A DNA stretch of 64,000 nt, taken from assembly GCF_963921235.1 (NCBI RefSeq), contig NC_086100.1, positions 200,510,001 to 200,574,000 on the forward strand, read 5' to 3'. A program made the translations under genes and the position numbers. Every line of letters begins with the position of its first letter. Positions within the stretch are counted from its first letter, which is position 1. The stretch comes from Mobula hypostoma (lineage: Eukaryota). The notes beneath the pieces are model-generated. The model was not told where the DNA came from and made no database searches. It worked only from the letters and a program-made list of their open reading frames with translations. Positions 61,681-64,000 of the stretch are shown here, piece after piece.

Positions 61681-64000
61681 AGAAACATAGAAAACATACA
61701 GCACAATACAGGTCCTTCGGCCCACAAAGCTGTGCCGAACATGTCCCTACCTTAGAACTACCTAGGTTTTATCCATAGCCCTCTATTTTTCTAAGCTCCA
61801 TGCACCCATCCAGGAGTCTCCGAAAAGACCCTATCGTTTCCGCCTCCGCCGCTGCCGCTGGCAGCCCATTCCACGCACTCACCACTCTGTGTAAAGAAAC
61901 TTACCCCTGACATCTCCTCTGTACGTACTTCCTTGCTAGCCAATTCAGCCCTGGCAAAAAGCCTCTGACTATCCACACGATCGATGCCTCTCATTATCTT
62001 GTACACCTCTATCAAGTCACCTCTCATCCTTCATTGCTCCCAGGAAAAAAAGGCCGAGTTCACTCAACCTATTCTCATAAGGCATGCTCTCCAATCTAGG
62101 CAACATCCTTGTAAATCTCCTCCGCACTCTTTCTATGGCTTCCACATCCTTCCTGTAATGAGGCGACCAGAATTCAGCACAGTACTTATCAAATGCCTTG
62201 CTAAAATCCATATACACTACATCTGCAGCTCTACCTTCATCAATGTGCTTAGTCACATCTTCAAAGAATTCAATCAGGCTCATAAGGCACAACCTGCCCT
62301 TGACAAAGCCATGCTGACTGTTCTTATTATGCATCTCCAAATGTTCATAAATCCTGTCTCTCAGGATCTTCTCCATCAACTTACCAACCACTGAAGTAAG
62401 ACTCACTGGCCTATAATTTTCTGGGCTATCCCTACAACCTTTCTTAAACAAGGGAACCACATCCGTAACCCTCCAAATCCTCCAGAACCTCTCCCGTCCT
62501 CATTGATGATGCAAAGATCATTGCCAAAGGCTCAGCAATCTCCTCCCTCGCTTCCCACAGTAACCTGGGGTTATCTCATCCGGTCCTGGTGACTTGTCCA
62601 ACTTGATGCTTTTCAAAAGCTCCAGCACATCCTTTCTTAATATCTACATTCTCAAGCTTTGCAGTCCGCTGTAAGTCATCCCTACAATTGCCAAGATCCT
62701 TTTCCGTAGTGAATACTGAAGCAAAGTATTCATTAAGTACCTCCACTATTTCCTCCGGTTCCATACACACTTTTCCACTGTCACACTTGATTGGTCCTAT
62801 TCTCTCATGTCTTATCCTCTTGCTCTTCGCATACTTATAGAATGCCTTGGGGTTTTCCTAAATCCTGTCTGCAAAGGCCTTCTCATGGCCCCTTCTGGCT
62901 CTCCTCATTTCATTCTTAAGCTCCTTCCTGTTAGCCTTATAATCTTCTTGATTCATCTCAATACCTAGTTTTTTAAACCTTTTGTAAGCTCTTCTTCTTG
63001 ACTAGATTTACACCACAGATCTTGTACCCTACCATCCTTTCCATGTCTCATTGGAACTTACCTACTCAGAACCCCACGCAAATACCCCCTGAACATTTGC
63101 CACATTTCTTTGGTTCGTTTCCCTGAGAACATATGTTTCCAATTTATCCTTCCAAATTCCTGCCTGATGGCCTCATAATTCCCCTTACTCCAATTAAACG
63201 TTTCCCGAACTTGTCTGTTCCTATCCTTCTCCATTGCTATGGTAAAGGAGATAGAATTGTGATCACTATCTCCAAAATACTCTCCTACTGAGAGACCTGA
63301 CACCTGACCAGGTTCATTTCCCAATACCAGATCAAGTACAGCCTCTCCTCTTGTAGGCTTATCTACATACTGTGTTAAGAAACCTTCCTGAAGACACCTA
63401 ACAAACTCCACCCCATCTAAACCCCTCACTGTAGGGAGATACCAATCAATATTTGGGGAATTAAAATCTCCCGCCACAGCATCCCTGTTATTATTACTCC
63501 TTTCCAGAATCTGTCTCCCTATCTGCTCCTTGATGTCCCAGTTACTCTTGGGTGGTCTATAAAAAAACACCCAGTTGAGTTATTGACCCCTTCTTATTCC
63601 TAACTTCCACCCACAGAAACTCAGTAGACAACCCCTCTATGACCTCCTCCTTTTCTGCAGCCGTGGCACTATCTGTGATCAACAGTGCCACGCCCCCACC
63701 TCTTTTGCCTCCCTTCCTATCCTTTCTGAAACATCTAAATCCTGGCACTTGAAGTAGCCATTCCTGCCCCTGCACCATCCAAGTCTCTGTAATGGCTACA
63801 ACATCATAGCTTCAAGTGCTGATCCACGCTCTAAGTTCATCCACTTTATTCATGATACTCCTTGCATTAAAATAGACACCTCTCCAACCATCGAAGTGCG
63901 TCCCTTCTCTGTCACTCGCCTATCCTCCCTTTTGCACCGTCTCCAAACTTTTTCCGTTTGTGAACCAACCTCCCTTGCCTCCGTCACTTCAGTTTGGTTC
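61681..64000 (-). mobile_element. CR1 ORF2 with internal RT deletion; continues beyond the window
   Basis: EN and RT motifs; junction at ~62185 joins FSKAFDK directly to YCAEFWSPH. Confidence 0.93.

Overview
Eukaryotic, repeat-saturated vertebrate DNA. The HE1-type V-SINE and the CR1/Penelope families suggest a cartilaginous fish; this is inference. Host genes: (1) the first coding exon of an RDH11/12/DHRS13-type short-chain dehydrogenase (minus strand, 10466-10652), whose intron 1 holds a >9 kb G-rich minisatellite with ~2.6 kb higher-order periodicity; (2) an apparently complete C2orf81/DUF4639-like gene (minus strand, four phase-0 coding exons from 58749 to 35129, about 456 aa); (3) a divergent + strand first exon sharing a CpG-rich promoter with CRE and RFX X-box-like motifs at ~59.8 kb. 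Most of the rest is nested non-LTR retrotransposons: several CR1 families, a full-length Nimb/I-clade LINE with RNase H hit three times, Penelope elements carrying minimal hammerhead ribozymes, and Rex1 fragments, plus several unrelated minisatellites. Many junctions resolve to the base with target-site duplications (TSDs). I see no wholly new protein system. The best leads are a ~2.6 kb chimeric segment bracketed by two identical same-strand hammerheads, a CR1 with twin-priming-like inversion, an in-frame ORF1-ORF2 deletion fusion and the bidirectional promoter. All family calls come from motif recognition, not database searches.
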